This document shows, piece by piece, positions 60,069 to 64,000 of a stretch of 64,000 bases of DNA. A program made the position numbers and the translations under genes. The notes under the pieces were generated by a model that saw only the letters and a list, made by a program, of their open reading frames with translations, had not been told where the DNA came from and made no database searches. Position 1 is the first letter of the stretch; each line of letters begins with the position of its first letter. Source of the stretch: Azolla caroliniana (taxonomy: Eukaryota; Plantae; Polypodiophyta); the NCBI GenBank assembly GCA_043228905.1, contig JBHGNT010000009.1, positions 7,006,001-7,070,000 of the forward strand. Direction: 5' to 3'.

Positions 60069-63000
60069 AGAGGGCTGCCAAGGCGTGGGGCCGAGACAGT
60101 CCGGACACTCGGGAAAGACCCCACGACTGTACGATAGGTAGGAAATTTTGCTTCTCCAACAACGGAGGGTGTATGATAGTCGGCATCATTGGCCGAGAAA
60201 AGACAAGGGCGGAAGTGCGACTTCGAGCATGCGGAGTTCTCGGCCCGGACGAGGAAATCAGCGGAACCGTGGAGGCGGTCTCCTTCGACGACACCTTGGG
60301 GATGCTGAGGAAGGTAGCCGGAGAAGACCTTAACGAAGACCGGACAATACCGGTATGTTTCGAAGAGATGTACGAAGTCATCGCGAGCTTCAGTCGGGGG
60401 CTCGGGTCGGATTGGACGGCCCGGGTTAGCACGAAGTACAAGATTGTGGACCGGAAGGTAAGGCCCGTCGCGGCACCCTTACCGGAGGGCAGCGAGTCCC
60501 GAATCAGAGGGGTTGCATCGGACCCCAGTTTACGAGATCCGGCCTGCATAGGACACACCTTCACCGACGGGACGCTCCGGGAGCTCAAGATCGGTGGGGG
60601 CAGGTTCCTACTGCAGGCGGAGGAAGACCGGTTTCGGAGGATGCTCGGAAGGCACGGAAAAGCCTTCGCATTCTCACCGGAAGAGATCGGGTGCATAGAC
60701 CCGACGATCGTGGAGCCGATGGTGATATTCACGGTACCGCATGTGCCGTGGAATCTCAAGCCGATTCCGGTACCGAGAGCTCACATCCCGAAGTTGATGG
60801 AGCTATTGAGGCAGAAAGTAGATATGGGCATTCTTGAACCGTCGAGTGCCCCATACTCGAACCGATGGTTTACCGTACCGAAGAAAAACGGAACATTGCG
60901 CTTCATTCAGGACCTGCAGCCGGTCAACAGAGTGACCATTCGGAACACAGGAATCAGACAGACCATAGACGAGTTCGCAGAGGCCTTCGCCGGAAGGTCG
61001 ATTTACTCGGTCGGTGATCTGTACTCGGGGTACGACCAGTTCCAGCTAGCGGTGGAGAGCAGAGACATTACGACGATGCGAACTCCCCTCGGCCTAGTGC
61101 GAATGTGTACCCTGCCACAAGGAGGGACCAATTCGGTAGCCCACATGGTGAATGCAATGAACAAGGTGCTGAGGGATTGCATCCCAGACATCACCATGCC
61201 GTTTCTAGATGACATCCCGATCAAGGGGTGCCCGGTGGAGGAGAAGGACGAGACAGTCGGGCCGGACGGATGCCGGCGAATCGTGGCGACACACATCGAC
61301 GACTGCGAGAAGGTGCTACAAAGGCTAGAGGATGCGAGGCTCACCTTCTCCGGGGAGAAATCGGCCTTCGGGCAATCGGAAATCCTGGTGGTCGGACACC
61401 TATGTGGAACTTATGGCCGGAAGCCGTCTCCGGCAAAGGTAGAAGCCATCTCCGCAACGAAGACCGATTGTAGCTCGGTTACGGAAGTTCGGAGGTTCCT
61501 GGGGGCATGCGCGTTCTACCACATATGGATCCCGCATTACGCCCACGTGGCGGAGCCGCTATACGGGTTGTTGAAGAAAGGGCGAAATTTCGAGTGGCGA
61601 GACGAGCACACGGAGACGGTCCGGAAGCTGAAGGAAGCTCTTGCGGCAGCACCGGCGCTCCGGAAGGCTGTCTACGAGAAGGGTACCCTGGTATACATAA
61701 CGGTGGATATGAGTCCGACCGGTATCGGATGGGTCGTCAACCAAGAAGACGAGGACGGCATTCGGTTCCCGATCCGATTCGGCGCGAAGGTCCTCAGTGA
61801 GCGACAGCGAGAGTACGCCTAGGTTAAACGCGAACTCTGGGGTATCGTTTCAGCAGTAAAGGCCGACAAAGACTACCTGATCGGGACAGAAGTGATTATC
61901 GAGACGGATTGCCTGCCAATTCTCGGCATGGTTTCCGGATGCGCGACACCGGACCTAGCGATGCTCAGGTGGATAGCATACATCAAGTCCCTGGACCCGG
62001 AAATACGGCACATTTCTGGAAAGGACAACGCCATGGCCGACATGCTTTCGAGGGCGAGGTTTGATGACGAGGACGGCATGGTTTCGGAGGACGAAGAAGT
62101 CGGCGTGGACTTCTTCGAGGCAGCGTACGTGACGACCGATGGGACAAGCACTTCGGCACTTAACGACTTCGACGAGAGCAAGTACGACGGCGAGTGGCTC
62201 CAGATCGGTGGATTTTTGAGGACGATGACGCCGGATGCGTTGTGGACGAAGGATGAGGCCAACCGGATCCGGAAAAAAGCTTACCGATTCTTTCTCCGGG
62301 ACGGATACTTATGGAAGCACCCGAAGAAGAGGAACGGTGTCCCGCTTCAGGTGGTGGCGATGAAGGAAGAACAGGAGGAGCTGCTGACGGGCTACCACGA
62401 CAGCCCTTGGGCTGGACACCGTGGAATGTGGGCCATGTTCGAGAAGATAAAGGGGAAGTACTGGTGGTCGGGACTGTACCGGGATGTGCATCGGTTCGTG
62501 ACGACTTGCGAGAGCTGTCAGATGCAGTCTGTAGTCCGACATCGGGACGAGCTTCACCCTACGTAGCCTCCGACCATCCACTTCAAATGGATGGTAGACC
62601 TGGTGACGATGCCGATGGGAGTAGGACAGATGCGGTATCTGGTCCTGGCTCGGGAAGATCTGACGAACCAGGTGGAAGGTCGAGCCCTTCAGAACAAAAC
62701 GACCGCGGCCGTATGTCGGTTCCTGATCGAGGACGTGATATGCCGGTACGGGTGCGTCGGGAAGATCGTGGCTGATCGCGGGGAGTTGGATGCCGAAGAG
62801 GCCGAGGAGCTGTTCGACCGGCTAGGAGTCAAGCTCTCGCTTACCACTGCGTACAATCCGGAGGCGAATGGGAAGGTGGAGCGCGGACACGGACCGATCG
62901 TCAAGGCGTTAGTTCGGGCATGCGGAGGTCAAGTCGGGAACTGGCCGCGGCTGTTGCCTTACGCGTTGTGGGCGAACCGAACTACGCACAGTTCGGTAAC

Positions 63001-63521
63001 CGGATTCATGCCGGCAGAACTCATGTTTGGGCAGAAGCCGGTCATGCCGATCGAACGTACGATCTGCTCGTGGGCAACCGTGGACTGGAGAGACGAGATG
63101 AGCCGGGAGGAACTGCTGGCGGCGCGTATACGACAGCTCGAGCAAAGACCGGAGGATGTGGAGCAGGCTTCGGGAAGCAAGGATGAGGAACAAAGCCCAG
63201 TTCGACCGAACGCACCGGCTCCGACCGAAGAAGATCGAGGAAGGCGACTGGGTGCTAGTCTACGACAACAGCCTTGACAACCAGCACCGAGCGACACAGA
63301 AGTTCGCAAGAAGGTAGTTCGGGCCTTACGTGGTACAAAGCGCCAACGACAATGGGACGTACCATCTGGCAGAGCTCGACGGCACGAGAATGGCGATACC
63401 GGTAGCTGGGAAGCGGATCAAAGCGTTCAAGAAGCGTCACGACGATGAGCCGGATCCGGTTGGCCTGGACCACGACGACGAACGATCCGAAACCGAGGAA
63501 GAACCGACGGGCGGGGAATGA
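60059..63521 (+). pseudogene. pol (RT, RNase H, integrase; no chromodomain) in the -1 frame relative to gag-PR, with premature stops
   Basis: FLDD RT, VDMS RNase H, GHRG..CESC and ADRGE integrase. Stops at 61820-61822, 62564-62566 and later. Confidence 0.9.
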
Positions 63522-64000
63522 AGGCTGGACCGGTTTTCTCCGTCCCTACTCAATTTGGCGCATGCCGGTGGATGCGCGGTTAGGTGGGGGCGGATGTTGT
63601 GAAGAAAACCGTCCACAAGCGGAATCGGTGCACAGGAGCGTAGGAACCGGCTCTTCTCGAATGTTGTCCATAGAAGATCCTAGGCGGGTAGATTTAGTGG
63701 GTAGGAAGTAAAGGGGAAACGACTCCTTCCTTGCCTATAAAAAGGAGGGAGACGAGAAGGGGGAGGGGATCGCGGAGAGTCGAGGACGAAGTGCTGTCGG
63801 TTTGCGTGCGAAGGCTTCTCTCTCTCTCTCTGGCTCGCAAACTCCATAGCTTCCTTCTGTGCAGGCTTCGGGAGGCTCGCGCTGCTCTGAGGAATGCCCG
63901 AGTGCTTCCGACAGCACCTCCAACCTGCTCCTGTCTTCCTGTGCTTTTACGAACAGGCATCGGCATCTGTTCGCCGGCCTGTTCGGTTGTAACCGACTTC

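Larger units (their letters stand above)
57269..64000 (+). mobile_element. Full-length Ty3/Gypsy element, tRNA-Trp-primed group (copy B); 3' LTR runs off the window
   Basis: 5' LTR 57269-57898, PBS TGGTGAACCCGACGTGAA 57902-57919, gag-PR, RT-RH-IN, PPT 63581-63594, 3' LTR from 63595. About 8 mismatches in the 406 comparable bp, by eye. Confidence 0.97.

Overview
Plant nuclear DNA (probably a non-seed vascular plant such as a fern; inference) made almost entirely of nested, mostly decayed retrotransposons around one intact host gene, a 3-exon secreted root-cap/LEA-related gene at 43187-44831. The window holds: several tRNA-iMet-primed Ty1/Copia elements; a Ty3/Gypsy group primed by tRNA-Trp (autonomous copies at both window ends, one integrase+LTR remnant and two gag-only derivatives); a Tcn1-like chromovirus; two fragments of a non-L1 LINE; and a 92-bp plastid rpoC2 insert. 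The most striking structure is an 11.2-kb, near-perfect tandem array (4 x 2615 bp, 5 shared LTRs, one 4-bp TSD) of a gag-only LTR element. Its LTRs carry an antisense tRNA-like A-box/B-box module, a possible tRNA counterpart of the 5S module in Cassandra elements. Similar modules occur in an unrelated chromovirus LTR and at ~52 kb. All five readable insertion junctions of the tRNA-Trp group fall in Copia pol at an NCGN site (four observed, one inferred). The group also shares a covarying hairpin just upstream of the PPT, and its autonomous members have a G-GAT-TTT slippery site after the protease. All coordinates were read by eye, and no searches were run.
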